Below are positions 1-13,090 of a DNA stretch of 64,000 bases, in pieces; within the stretch, counting starts at the first letter, position 1; every line of letters starts with the position of its first letter. Source of the stretch: Paraspadella gotoi (Eukaryota > Animalia > Chaetognatha). The stretch covers positions 27,830,353 through 27,894,352 of the forward strand of contig CM119264.1 in the NCBI GenBank assembly GCA_051294375.1, given 5' to 3'. A program made the translations under genes and the position numbers. The notes below the pieces were generated by a model. It ran no database searches. It saw nothing but the letters and a program-made list of their open reading frames with translations, and had not been told where the DNA came from.

Positions 1-1853
1 CCCGGGGCCTCTCTTCCCCCTCTCAACGCCTTCTCCTCCCCTCGTCGTCCCCTCCTCTTCATCCCCGGAGTCACGGATTAGAGTCTTGGAGATCGGACTC
101 ACTAGTTCAACTTCTCCTCTCGGTCTCGGGGTCTCCAAACCTTCCCTCTCCCTTCTCTCCCTTTTATGTACCCTGTTCCCTTTTGTTGTAGCTATTTACC
201 CATTAACAATATATTCCTTACCCTTCTTACCTCTTTTCCCTGGTGAGAGACTAGTTAGTACCTACCTTTAGCTAGATACCCATCTTCCCAGTGACGCCCA
301 ATCAGGCCTCTCCCCAAGGTTTAACCTTCCCCAGGATTAAGTTTCCCTGCTCTACCGACTAACTGGCTAACCGGCAAACCCTCCCAACCCACCCTAATTT
401 TTTTTCTTCCATCTTTCCTAATCTTAATTTTTTTTCATCCTAATTTTTTTATTATTTTCCTCGCGCAAAAAAAAAAAACAACTTTTAACTAATATTTCAC
501 AAAAAAAATTTTCTCTCCATCGCGAAAAAAAAAAAAAATTGAAAAAAATCCGCCTCTCAAAGTGAAACGCCAAAGGAAAAGACAAAGACCCATCGCCCAC
601 CTCACAAAAAAGCAGTAAGATCACTAACCCACTATTCTTTACTTTAGCTAATCCGGGACATTTAGTGTTGTACTGTTACATAGTAAAATCGTAATTATTT
701 TCCCTTTCAGCAAAATAATCCGGGACGTTAATGTAATCTAATGTATATATCCTCTCTAGTCCTTCACCTTATTATCCCTCTATACACTCAGCGTTTTCAT
801 TAGCTATTCTGTCACTTCTGTTTCAATTGAATTTCGTAGTTTGACTTATTCCCTTCCTATTCGATTCTTTTCTATTTTGGCCTCACTGTTTCTTCATAAT
901 TTAGGAGAGAGAGAATCTGGCGGTAGGGTGAGCCTCTATCTTGGTGGGTACTGGGTAGGATCATCAATTTTGTCCAGCCCAATATTTATATTATTACCTT
1001 TTTTTCTATTGTATTCCTCTCGAATACTATAATAGTCTATATATAATATATATATATATCATTATCCATGTTCGAGGATAATTACAACTACACTATCTAA
1101 TACGATCTCGAAATTTCTCTCTTCTCTCTCCTTCCCTCTTTTTCTTTATTTGTTTTCTTTTTCTTCTGACTCCTAAATTTAGGGTTTTCTTCTTGGCCTA
1201 GACTCGCTCTGGAGTTCGTGCTGACCCTTCTCTCCTCGCTCCTTCTTTTCTCTCCTCCTCCTCCTCTCCCACTTTTCTCTCTATAATTGTCTCCCTCTCC
1301 CTCTGCTTCTCTTCTCTCTTTCCTCTTTCACTTCATCTCTCGGTCCTCTCCTTTCTCTTTTCTCTCTTTCACCTTTTCCTCTCTCCCTCCCTCCCTCCCC
1401 CTTCCTTCCTCTCTCCCTGCTCGCCCCCCATTTTCTCTTCTCTCTCTTCATTCTCCTCTCCCTCCCTATCTCCCTTCCTCCCCTCCCTCTCTCTCTCGCC
1501 TGGCCGGACAAATGGTCAGCCCCTGTCGGGGGTCAGGTCTTGAATGGGAAAAAGAGGCGGAGGAACGGAACGTGAGGTTGTTAGGGTCAAGACGCGTTTT
1601 CTCGGCCACAGGGGTGATTATTGCCTCCCGGGGTGATTATGACCAGTGAGACGTACGATGCGCAGGCGGGTAAATTTACCCGGGCGGCCCCTTTCGGGAG
1701 GGCCGTACCTCGAGCCTCGGGCCTCTCTGGCTGACTCGCGTAGGCCAGCTCAGCTATCCCATCGGTCCAAATGTATAAAAAGCGTTGATATTTTTGATAA
1801 ATGTAAGACAAAATTTCGATCCTTTTTATGATTTTAGCACAGCTTCTAAAATA

Positions 1854-2634
1854 CAGAGTGTCTCAAGCCTACTATCACTTTTCAAATGAACGCTGAGTCA
1901 AATTGGTTAGGTGAATGAATAATTTGAAAGAACTACCCGAAAGATAAGTTCATACAGTTTTATTTTCTATCTACATTATTATATTTATTTGTATTCTTGT
2001 AGAGTTGTAAGTTCAAATAAGGGGGGATTTTAGGTTTGACAATTGATAAAAAAATTTAAGCGATGTTAAATATTTATAGTTTTCCTGCTTTTGGTTAAAA
2101 AAATTGTTTATATTATATTACAGTAGGCCAGTATGTATATTGAACCCTTGCCCAAGATTTTTGTAGATTAGAAATAATTGATGATGATGATAATAATTTC
2201 AGAAGAAAAGATGCAAAGAATGATTGTAAAGAAAATTTGCTTTCATTGACGCTCATTTATTTTACCTTCAGGAAACTATTAAATGCTACAAATTTAGTAT
2301 GCTAAGATTCAACATATAATGTTAGATGCATATATTACATTTTACTACTAAAGCAATTTTCCAGCTCATAAGCATTGCCAATGGCCGTGGCCGTGGCGAC
2401 ATATTATTATGTAACCAAGTGGCTGAAAAAAAATTATCTGGGTATTTAAAAAGATTTGAATTTTTTAAAATTGATAAAAAGTTATTTCCGACATTTACTT
2501 TGATTTTAAAAAGAAAGACATCATATAAAACTGTAAAAACTTCTAGATCCAATGAGTACAGTAAATGCATTTTTTATAACTGTACTGATTCACTGTATTC
2601 ATTTGTAAAGTGACAGTACGCTTGAGACACACTG
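1854..2634. mobile_element. Non-autonomous Tc1/mariner-type MITE (~780 bp)
   Basis: Terminal inverted repeats of ~37 bp: left CAGAGTGTCTCAAGCCTACTATCACTTTTCAAATGAA, right reverse complement CAGTGTGTCTCAAGCGTACTGTCACTTTACAAATGAA (4 mismatches). TA lies on both flanks (1852-1853, 2635-2636). AT-rich interior with no transposase motif. Confidence 0.88.
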
Positions 2635-3203
2635 TATTTAGCCTAAAAACCTCGTCTTGGGCTCGAATGGGATTTTCAAAGGAACCCAAGTTTTAATTAA
2701 TAGGATGACAGACAAGCGAGATAGAAGGGATTTCAAAGTTTAAACTTATTAATCTGTATCACGAGAATCACCAACTGAGCAAGTTGTTCCCGACCACCGA
2801 CTGACGAATCCCGATTCATTTTTCCCAAATAGCGCCATGGCGCCATTCTCCGTCGATGAGGTGAGTTCTTGGGTGAGGTCGACGGTGAACGATCATGTTT
2901 TATGGGTGAAGCGGAAAGGGAGGAGTGTGAAACTCTGCGGTGAGGTCGTGGTGATTATGAAGCGCCGGCTGCGGCTGGAGGCGGCGGCTGGAAGTGGCGG
3001 CGGCGGCGGCAGCGGCGGCAGCGGCGGTGGTACGATGCTTAGATTCTGGATCCAGATTTGCTCTCCTTTTTTTTCGGAGACTTAATGATTCGGAAAGTCG
3101 ATGTTGGTCGATCGTCGGTGCTTAAAAAACCCTTTACTTTTTTGGAGAAAAAAAATAACAAATAGAACGAGGACCGGAACAAGGATATAAAGGTTTTTTG
3201 ATA

Positions 3204-3243
<40 letters not shown>

Positions 3244-3254
3244 GTATGACTTAC

Positions 3255-6200
3255 CTGTTTTGACGAAAGTAAGCGAAGATAAAGAATATAACAGAGAAAA
3301 AAGTTAGCATTTAATGTACAAATACTAAGAGCGTGCAGTGTTTGTTTTTCGTTCTTGCTGAGTTTCTGTATTTTATAATTATAATCTTATTCAATTATTT
3401 ATTACTACTGTAAGTCGATTTAAAATCTATATTTGCACTAAAAGTTGTCATATAGGTTTGGTTTTTCATTAATTTTAATATTCTGATTGGTAAAATTAAT
3501 GACTTCATATTTACACTTTTGTAATTTTACTTAACATTCTTATACTTAATGCTGATGCTATTTACCATATACTTTTTACTAGTTGATATTTACGGTTTTT
3601 TTGCTAATTCATTTACATTACAATGGTTTTTAAAACTTTTTAATCGAAGTCATTGTGTCTTTTTGTCATTGTACCAATGAGTCAATGTGTAGAATTTGGT
3701 GAATAAAAAATAAAAAGTGAATAGAAATATTCTGATAAGTGGTATCTGCTTTAGACATCATCTTTTTTCTCCTCTTTCTAATCATGAAGTCTTGTTTCCT
3801 TTTCACCTCTCGTTTTTTGTTTGTTGTTTGGTATGTTTCTCCTCTCTTCTCTCTCTCTCTTCTGTCTCTTATCTCATCTCTCTCTCTTGCTCGCTCTCTG
3901 CTTCCATGTCTCTCAGTCTCTCTCCTCTCTCTCTCTCACTCTCTCCGTTATAGTCTCTCTTCCGTTTCACCGTTTTTTTTTTCACGCTCGTCGCAACTCT
4001 TTCAATTCCCTCCTTCCCCAATTATTGCTTTTCTTTCAATCAACTTTCTTTTGTCGTTGTACAGTCGTCGTCGTCGTCGTCGTCGTGCCGTCCCTAAGGG
4101 CGATGAGAAATGATCTTAGCGAAAAGATTCCAGAGCACGAACAAGCTGTGAGAGAAGTCACGTACGAGCAAGGAAGACAAGCAGCCAGAAGAAGAGATGA
4201 GAGAGTTAGAGGAGAGAAGAGGCGATGAAGAGTTGAAAGAGAGAGAGAGAGAGAAGAAGAGAGGAGAGAGAGAGAGAGAGAAAGAGAGATTGCACGAACG
4301 ATGATAATGACATGCGACAATTGCACGGAGCCAAAAGGGGTCGTGGAATTTCCTTGATGGGGGGGGAAATATATCGCGATTTCATTGGACGAAATCGTTG
4401 GCGTGCGATCCCGCCTAATTGCAAGAATGTTGAAATGTCGGCATTCATTCGATAACCAACGATCGAATAGTGAATAGTTTAAAAGAGAGAGAGAGGAGAC
4501 GAGAAGAGAGAGAGAGAGAGTAGAGAGGAGAGAGAGAGAGAGACGAAGAGAGAGGGAGTTTCTTCCATACTATTTATGACGAGCTAATAATTTTTTACGA
4601 TGTGGCGGAAAACGTCTCTCATTCTCTCTCGGTCTTTCTTGTGTTATTCTCTCTCTCTCTTCCCTCTCCTCTTCTCTCTCTCTCTCTCTCTTCATCTCTG
4701 CTCTCTCTCTCTCTCTCGTCATCCTCTCTTTCTCTCTCTCTCTCTCTCCTCGCACTTTTCCTCGTTTCTTTATTGAAATATATCCTCTATTTTTTTTCTT
4801 CCATATATAACCTTCGCTCTCTCATCTTCGTCTTCTCTACTCGGTCACGCGCGTGAAGCCGTTTCGCCGTCGGTCGCCGCTGGAGTTGTCAACCGCAGAG
4901 AGAACGGCAGCATCAGGGCCGACACTATTGCTGACGTCATGACTATTCAAACACCCAACTGCCGAATATTTGTGGCCTGGGCGAAAGCATTTTCAAAAAA
5001 TTAGAAAAAGCGTTTTCTTTTGTCGACCATTATTTTTAATGCCATCTTCTCGACTCTTGAGAGAAGCGAAACGAGTCTGACGAGCCAAATCACATTCTTT
5101 TTCTGCTAGATGTTATTAAGTCATCAATTTGATAAAATACAGGAAAGTATTTATAAAGAAAAAGTAAATATTCTTGCTGAATGTTATTTCCTTCAACCGT
5201 CACGATATAAACGACATCAGATATTAGAACATTAGAATTAGAAACGATTAGAAGGTGGGGGTGTGTTGAGGTGTTGCGGGGAGGGCGGGGGGTCGACATA
5301 ATTGCGCATTAAATCAATGTTCTTCGCTATTTTATTACCTATGCTACAGGACGTGACGAGTTGAAGTCGTCTGTCTGTTGACGCAATCTTTCTTATTAGC
5401 TCGATGCCTGTACTTCATTGCTAAATTCATCTTGGTAAAATCTCATTTTGTGGAACTTAATTTTTCACGGTTCCCAGCGTGTTAACAAAGGCATATCGGA
5501 TTGACGGCTTGTTCTATCTTGTTCGTTAATTACTACAGAGCGAACCGCGCCCTTGTCGACTATCCGATTAGTACAAAAACGATTTACTAATCTTTTTTAC
5601 TTTCGACACTTTCTCTACCAGCAAAAGTAAGTTTTTTAGAAGGAACACGTTTTCATAGGTAAGTCCAAATCTTTCTAGCGGTCCGTTTGGTGGTTTTACA
5701 GGAAAAAGAAGACAAGGATTTAACGTTCAAACCAAAAAAAAGATCGAAAAAACCATCAATCGGTCACTCTACGTACCAGTGCAGATTCAGGAAACAACAA
5801 TTCTATATTCAAGCATTTCCGTGACAAATGTGGCTGTACACAAGCTCTTCTTCGTTACGCTTTGAGNNNNNNNNNNNNNNNNNNNNNNNNNTAAATTATT
5901 AATTTATTTTATAGTACATCTTTTTTTTTTCAATATTTTTATTCTTTTTTATTACAAGCTATCTTAATGCACGATCACATTCCCATAACTTTTTACTAGT
6001 TGATATTTACGGTTTTTTTGCTACATTCATTTACATTAACAATGTTTAAAAACATTAGTTAATCGAAAAGCATTGTGTCTTTATTTGCACATGTACACAA
6101 AGAATCAAATGGTTAAGATTTGTGAATACAAAAATAAAAAATGAATAGAAATCTCTCATAAGTGGTACTGCTTTAGACATCATCTCTTATTTCTCCCTCT

Positions 6201-7310
6201 CTAATCACAAGTCTGTTTCCTTTCACTCTCGTTGTTTGTATGTCTCTCCTCTCTTCTCTCTCTCTCTCTGTCTCTCTCTCTCTCTCTCTCTCCTCTCTCC
6301 ATTCAGGTCATCTCTCTCTCTTCCCTCTCTCTCTCACTCTCTCCGTATAGTATATCTCCCGTTTCACATTTTTTTCACGCTCTCGTTTTTCATATCCCTC
6401 CTTCCCCAAATCTATTTCTCCAATCAACTTTCTTTTGTTCGTGTCCGTCGTCGTCGTCGTCGCGTCTGTCGTCCCGAGGGCGAGAGAATGACCTCTTCCA
6501 GCAGCGACACAGAACACGAGCTGCGGCAGACAGCTACCAGAGAAGACAGAGAGAAGAGAAGAAAGAAGAGAAGAAGAAGAGAAGAGAAAGAGAGAGAGAG
6601 AAGAGAGAAGAGAAAGAGAGAGACGAGAGAGAGAAGAGAGAAGAGAAGAGATTGCACACGAACGATGATAATACTAATGCAACAATTGCACTGAGCCAAA
6701 AGGGGGTGGAATTTCGATGGGGGGGAAATCTATCCGTGATTACATTGGACGAAAATCGTTGCGTGCGATCCCAATTGCATAATGTTGAAAGTCTGGCATT
6801 CATTCGATAACCAACGATGAAATGAATATTATAAAAGAAGGAGGAGAGAAGAGAGAGAGAGCGAGGAGATAGAGAGAGAGAGAGAGAGAGAGAAGAAGAA
6901 GAGAGGGAGTTCTCTTCCATACTTTATGACGACTACTAATTTTTACGATGTGGCGGAAAACGTCTCTCATTCTCTCTCGGTCTTTCTTGTGTTATTCTCT
7001 CTCTCTCCTCCTGCTCTCCATCCTCTCACTCTCTCTTCTCGTCTCTCCTCCTCTCTATCTCTCTCTCGCTCTCATCTCTCTCAGTCAAGCCTCTCTTTCC
7101 TCATCTCTCCTCTGCACTTTTCCTCGTTTCTTTATAAAATATCCTATCTTTTTTTTTCTCCATAATATTTGTTTATCCTTTCCGTTTCCATGGTAGCGCG
7201 TGCAAGCCGTTTCGCGTGCGGTCCGCGCTGCAGTGCCAACCGCAGAGAGAACGGCAGCACAGCGGCGACACATATTGCTGACGTCATGACAACAAAAGCC
7301 CCAACGAATT
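3255..7310 (-). CDS. Candidate degraded or error-ridden exons of a rhodopsin-like peptide GPCR (TM5-TM7 region), partly duplicated
   Basis: Minus-strand segments in the expected order: FVGAFVVMTSAICVAAVLPFSL (~7310-7240, TM5-like LPF); RNSTPFWLSAIVALVLSSFVCNL (~6720-6650, TM6-like); and an AG/GTAAG-bounded open exon 3357-3255, LHALSICTLNANFFLCY, with LYSLSSLTF in an adjacent frame (TM7-like NFFLY). Requires indel correction; TM1-4 not found. Confidence 0.3.
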
Positions 7311-8012
7311 ATTTGTCGCCTGGGCGAAACATTTTCAAAGAGAATTGAAAAACGTTTTCTTTTGTCCCATTTTATTTTAATGCCTCTTCTCACTTTGATA
7401 GATATCGATACGAAGTGACTGAGCCAAATCACATTCTTTTCTCTAATGTTTTAAGGTCATCATTTGATAAAAGTACAGAAATTTTATAAAAAAAAGTAAA
7501 ATTCTTTGCTGAATGTTATTCCTTTCACCCGACATTAGAACGACATTAGAATTAGAACATTAGAATTAGAACATTAGAACGACATTTGCCATTAATAATG
7601 TTTCCTTTTAAATTACCATCCAGGACGTGACGAGAAGCGTCTGCCCGGACGAATCTCTTTAGCTACCGTGACTCACAAACGTAAAATCATCATTTTGTGA
7701 ATATTTTCACGTTCACGATTCAAACATATCGGATTGACCTTTTTATTTGTTCGTTTAATTATACAACAACGCCCCTTTCGCTATCGATTAGTACAAAAAC
7801 GAACTATTTTTTTACCGAATTTCTCTACACAAAAGTAGTTTTTAGAAGCAACACGTTTATATAGTCCAAATTTTCTAGCGTCGTTTTTTTTTACACGAAA
7901 AAGAAAAAAAAATCGAAAAAACCATCATCGTCATCAGCTAAAGATGCAATCAGGAAACAACAATTACAAGATCCGTGACAATGTGCTTACCAAGCTCTTC
8001 CTTCGTTACGTT
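3545..8012. repeat. ~2.3-kb direct duplication (3545-5866 vs ~5940-8012) across a 25-N gap; probable assembly artefact
   Basis: Colinear shared anchors, e.g. TTTTTACTAGTTGATATTTACGG (~3573, ~5990) and CAAGCTCTTC..TTCGTTACG (~5841, ~7991). Differences are mostly small indels. Gap 5867-5891 is exactly 25 N. Confidence 0.85.
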
Positions 8013-8809
8013 TTATACTGATCATCAATTGGTTCTTAATAATTATTCAGGATCGTTATCACCAAGCAGAAGATAGATTGTATGCTGCTTGACTCAACTC
8101 AACGAATCCTAGTCTTCGAACCTCGTTATTTAATTGTGAAAAAACGTTAAACGAAATTTCTTGGCGACTTTTTCGATTATAAACAACTTCGTCGCTATCT
8201 TGTTTTTTTTTGTTTTGAAGAAGCCTCTCATTTCTTCATTAAAATTCCTCTCTCCCTTTCTTCTTCTGCAATCTCCCTTTTCTTTTCTTCTTTCCTTTCC
8301 TTTTCTTTTCCTTTCCTTTTCCTTTTTTCCCTTCCTTTTCTTTTCTTTTCTTTTTTTTTTCCTCACGCTTTCCTGCCTCCGATCTCTCAAATAATAGAGC
8401 ATTGATCTGACAATTCGACCAAAACTGTTATTCTGTGATGTTGCGTCGACAGTCGAACTCTTTTCAACGCCACCCGCCCGTTTGGTCGCCATCGTCGTCG
8501 TCGTCGTCGTCACGGTTGTCGTCGTTGTCGCCGTCATAGTCGTGATTTTCATTGAACTCCGAAACTCGTTACATTTCGCAATAAAAAAAACAAACTTGGC
8601 CCATCTTCTGTTCTCCCATTCTCCCACGGACCGTCGTTCTTCCGTTCCAACTTACTGCCATTATTTAAGGAAGAACGTTCTCCCATTTCAGCCACAAAAA
8701 AAAGGGAACTTCCAATTTTTATCTTAAAAACAACGTCACTTTTCCCTTGAATCTTTTTCTTTCCTCATTTTCGTTCTCATTTTCAAAATTGCTACTGCCC
8801 ACCCAAGCC

Positions 8810-9035
8810 ATCCCCCAACCACCAAAATCATCTCTAACCACCTTCAACCAACCGAACAACTCTCTGCATCATCTGTAACCACCTTCTCACTGCCTCCAAC
8901 TACCCAAACCACCTTCTGCATCAGATGTAACCACCTTCTCACTGCCTCCGACTACACAAATGACCTTCTGCAACGTATGTAACAATCTCAAACCACAATA
9001 ACCCACCCGCCTTCATCATCTGTAACCACCTCCCA
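8810..9035. repeat. C/A-rich minisatellite (~50-55 bp unit) immediately upstream of the ATG at 9043
   Basis: Recurring TGTAACCACCTTCTCACTGCCTCC and ACCTTCTGCATCA units. Confidence 0.7.
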
Positions 9036-9042
9036 ACCCACC

Positions 9043-12000
9043 ATGGGCGTCCTCTTCGACCCTTCCTCCTCCTTCAACCTCCTCAACGCTTCCTCCTCCT
9101 CTTCCTCCTCTTTCTCCAACATCCCGCCACCCGAGGCAGAGCCTTTCTACGCCTACTACGACTTTGACTCGGAGTTGGACGTCAACTCCGCCTCGGGACT
9201 CAACCTCCTCATGGTGGCGGGGATCGTCGCTGGCATCATCGCCTTCTTCCTCTGTTGCACCTGCGTTTGCACCTGCGCGTTCTCTTACGGGAAGGACGGG
9301 GCGCAGGTGCGAGGGTTTGGATGAGTGGGAGGTGGAGGGGGTGGGGGAGAGAAGGGGTGTGGGGGTCGGGAAGGAGGCCGCCGGGTTGGAGGGTGGACTC
9401 TTTTTTTTTTCTAGGATGGACAATAGAGTGAAGAGGATGTAGTTAAATTTTCTAAATGTAAAATTTAGCATTTATGTACGTACTAGAATATGAAAATAAA
9501 GAGCTACAAAAGTATTTCGTTTATTTTTAAAATTTCATACATTACTGGAAAATTTTGTGCAACAATTTCTCTTGATACTCTGTCTCTCTCTCTACCTACC
9601 TCTCTCATCTCTCCCTCTCTCTCCTCTCTCTCTCTCTCTACTCTCTCTCTCTCTCTTCTCTCTTCTCTCTCTCTTTCTTACTTGTATTTGAAATCCAGCC
9701 ACTTGCTTTCCAATTATCTTTTTCTTTTTGGTTGTCGAAATCAAATTTTGACAATCTGAACGATTTTAGTAGAAAAAAAATTTCAACAAAACTATTCTAA
9801 TATGTTACTTTTTTTAAAATATCAAAGGCTAATTATTTAACATGATTTACTTTAATTTTTAATATTTTTGCTCGGTTACCTTCAAAAACATGTAAAGCGA
9901 GTATACTGTTGTATAGTAAGCAACACAAGTTATAAATATTCTGTCCTTCGTTATCAATAGATATTATCCATCATTTTTGTCAGAAGGTCGTTAATTTCAA
10001 GTCATTTCTGACTTGATATCAGTTTTATCGATCATTTCCTTTATTCCCACTATTCAGTTCATCCACAACACCACAAAAACAAGATCGGTCCTTTCAGTGA
10101 CTTTCTTTTCACGTATATTTACTTGTGATCACATGAATAATTGAATATATGACCAGGAGATTTATGATAACAAACGTCTTTATATTGTATTTGTATTTAT
10201 GACACGCACTGCATTCGAAGTTGTCTTTTATTCTTTATAGTTTTAGGATTTACTGAACGAATGAGCAAACATCTATAGGCTAGTTATGAGAATGACCGAC
10301 GAACAGACCGACCGACCGACAGACCGACCGACCGACAGACCGACCGACCGACAGACCGACCGAAAAGTGGCTTATAGAGTTACTCAGCAAGTACTCGCGG
10401 CGCACCTAAACACCCCATTTCTCAAAAACAGAAAAAAAAACAGTTAATTTGGTTAAAAACTCAATTCCCTTTCCTCGACTCAGTAAACCTTTTTCCCGCC
10501 TTCCTTCTCTCCCTTCTCTCCCTTCACTCAAATTCGATTACAACTCTCACTTTCTTTCGGGTGAGGTTAAAAGGGCAAAACGGAGAAAAAGGTCAGTTAA
10601 AAAGGTCAGTTTTCGACTCTTGCGATAAACTTCGAATATGCAAAGAGGAGTTTTTCTTTTCTTTGTTCGCTATAAAAGTTGTAGCGAGAGTTATTCCGTA
10701 AAATAATTATTTTATTTATATTACATATTTGTGCATTTTTATTACAACTGAAAGAGGGTCAAAACGATTCGCTGTTTAGTATCCCGACTTTTTTCGGATG
10801 ACTAACGTATGACGGGTGATCCTATTTTAGTCGGTCCCGTTCGGTCCCGTTGGCCGATTGTGTTGTTGTGTATTCGGCTATTTTGGGAAGTGAGCAGCGA
10901 GTGAGCCGCGAGTGAGCAGCTGTTGAACAATTTTGGACGCGTGTGGTCGAAAGGGAACCTCGAACTCAAATAGTAAAATATCGGTGTCTTTCGGGACTTA
11001 TAATAAAAGAAAAAAATGCTTTATATACAATATTACATAGTACTATTTTAAACTATAAACTTTGACTCGTTCTATTATGAGTTCGTTTCATGAGATATAA
11101 GATATAACGAAATTGTAATGGTATGAAATGGAAAAAAAAACTATTGGAAGGCCTTTTTTTTCCAACTTTAAACCTCTTAAAGCTCTTTGAGTGGGTCTCC
11201 AATAAATTTCAGTCTCACCAAGGCCTTGACAATTTTTCTTTCAAATTACCATTTTTTATTGATTCGTGCAATTTAGAACTTCCTCTTGGAGTATTTAGGG
11301 CAAAGAAAAGAGGTTGGATATTGGACGAGAAAAAAAAAAGAAAAAAAAAACATACCAGAGGCCCGTTTGAAATGAATTCCTTGGCCTCCACAATGTGGAT
11401 TCCACATGCAAAAAAAAAAATGGAGGCAATTGAGTCCCGGATTTCGGATCATGCAAATCTACTTCATTCTTTTGGGTTTTTTTTTTATTTTTATTTTTAA
11501 CATTGATTCCCAACTGTTTTTTTGCCTATAAAATGTAATTAGGTTAATTATAATTTTAATAACATTCGTAATCATTTTAAACATTAAAGGCCACTTTTTT
11601 TTCATAGACCCAAACACCCAATGTACCCCCTGACCCCAAATCCCAGGGCCTTTCCGACGAAGAGGTAGAACGATGGAATTCCCAAATGCGCGTCATCGAA
11701 CCCTACTGCTCCTCGCGTCAACCGGAAGGGGGCGCGGCACCGTGGGGATCGAGCGACGAGTTGGACGCCGCAGCCGCGGGTGAGGAAATCTCGATCGGCT
11801 AAGGGAGAGATGGGTTTGGATTTTGGCCGATCGGGGAAAAAAAAGATCGGCGTCGATCTTTGGTTCGATTTGGTTGTGATTAATAATTACATAGATTTAG
11901 CCGATTGATAGAGAAAGTCTTTTTTTTAAAATCTTACGGGGAAAAGAATTTTATTATTAATATTTTACCTAATGCTTTATTTAATTTTTAACCTAAATAT

Positions 12001-12491
12001 TTAACCATAACCAAAACTCTAACTCAATCCCTAACCTAATTCTTATCCCCAACTCTTAATCTCATCTTTAAAAAACTTACTCAATACCTAATTAAACCTG
12101 AAATGGGACGCATTTTGGATAATATGGCGAATCGTGAATCAAGTACCGCGCTGCTTGAATCCACTTCACGAAAAAAAAAAAGAAAAAAAAAGGATCGATA
12201 CATAAAAAATGTTTCGGACTCTTTCCGTGCCCACCAGGTGTCGCTGGCGGCGGTAGCGGCGGCGGCAGCGTCGGCGGCGGCGGCGGTCTCTCCTCTGAAA
12301 ATCCGTCCAGCTATGAGAGCGACGACAACGACAACGTCAGCGTCAGCATGAGTTCCTCCATCGGAGGAACCAACGGACTCAAAAACAACAACAACAATAA
12401 CAACAGCAGCGGCAGCGGCAGCGCGGGCGGCAGCAGTAAAAAGTCCGGGGGACAAAAGAAAGGCGGCGGATCGAAAGGATCGAAGAAGTGA
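9043..12491 (+). CDS. Three-exon orphan single-pass membrane protein with Cys-rich juxtamembrane motif and Gly/Ser/Asn-rich tail
   Basis: Exon 1 9043-9306 (MGVLFDPSSSFNLLNASS...LLMVAGIVAGIIAFFLCCTCVCTCAFSYGKDGAQ|GT, phase 0). Exon 2 11647-11779 (AG|GLSDEEVERWNSQMRVIEPYC...DAAAA G|GTGAG, phase 1). Exon 3 from 12238 (AG|GVAGGGSGGG...ENPSSYESDDNDN...). Splice phases are compatible. The likely end KKGGGSKGSKK-TGA at 12491 needs one indel near 12455. Confidence 0.72.
10270..10410 (-). mobile_element. DINE-1/Helentron-associated-like non-autonomous repeat fragment with (GACC/GACA)n core
   Basis: (GACC)n/(GACA) microsatellite at 10294-10362, followed by AAAAGTGGCTTATAGAGTTACTCAGCAAGTACTCGCG...CTAAA. 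The layout resembles DINE-1-like elements; assignment is by resemblance only. Confidence 0.4.
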
Positions 12492-12529
12492 TGTGTCCTT
12501 TTTATTTATGTTCATTTGGGGATGTGCAA

Positions 12530-12569
12530 CTCTGATTCCTGTTAAAACATTTCTCTCGGTTCTCTCGGT

Positions 12570-12613
<44 letters not shown>

Positions 12614-12661
12614 CTGGATTTCCTGTTATAAATTCTCTCGGTGCTCTTCTCCCCTCCTCTT

Positions 12662-12710
<49 letters not shown>

Positions 12711-12733
12711 CCTGTTTAAAATTCTCTCGGTGC

Positions 12734-12776
<43 letters not shown>

Positions 12777-12908
12777 TCTCTTGATTCTTTCGTTACAATT
12801 AAAATTTTCTTATCTCGGTGCTTCTCTCTTCATCTCTCCTCGCCTCTCTCTCTCTCTCTCTGATTCTTGTTTTAAAACTTTCTCTCGTGCTCTCTCTCAT
12901 CTCTTCTT

Positions 12909-12985
<77 letters not shown>

Positions 12986-13030
12986 TGATTCCTGTTTAAA
13001 ACTTCTCTCGGTGCTTCTCGCTCTCTCTCT
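12530..13030. repeat. Compound minisatellite: TGATTCCTGTT(T)AAAA..TTCTCTCGGTG units separated by (CT)n
   Basis: About six recurrences of the unit, each followed by a CT tract. Confidence 0.75.
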
Positions 13031-13059
13031 CATTCTCTCTCTCTCTCTCTCCTCTCTCT

Positions 13060-13090
<31 letters not shown>

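Noticed and set aside
1500-1811. GC-rich patch with short ORFs
   Set aside because: No recognisable motif or consistent splice chain.
12530-13030. Repeat-spacer appearance resembling a CRISPR array
   Set aside because: The spacers are (CT)n, the context is eukaryotic, and there are no cas genes.
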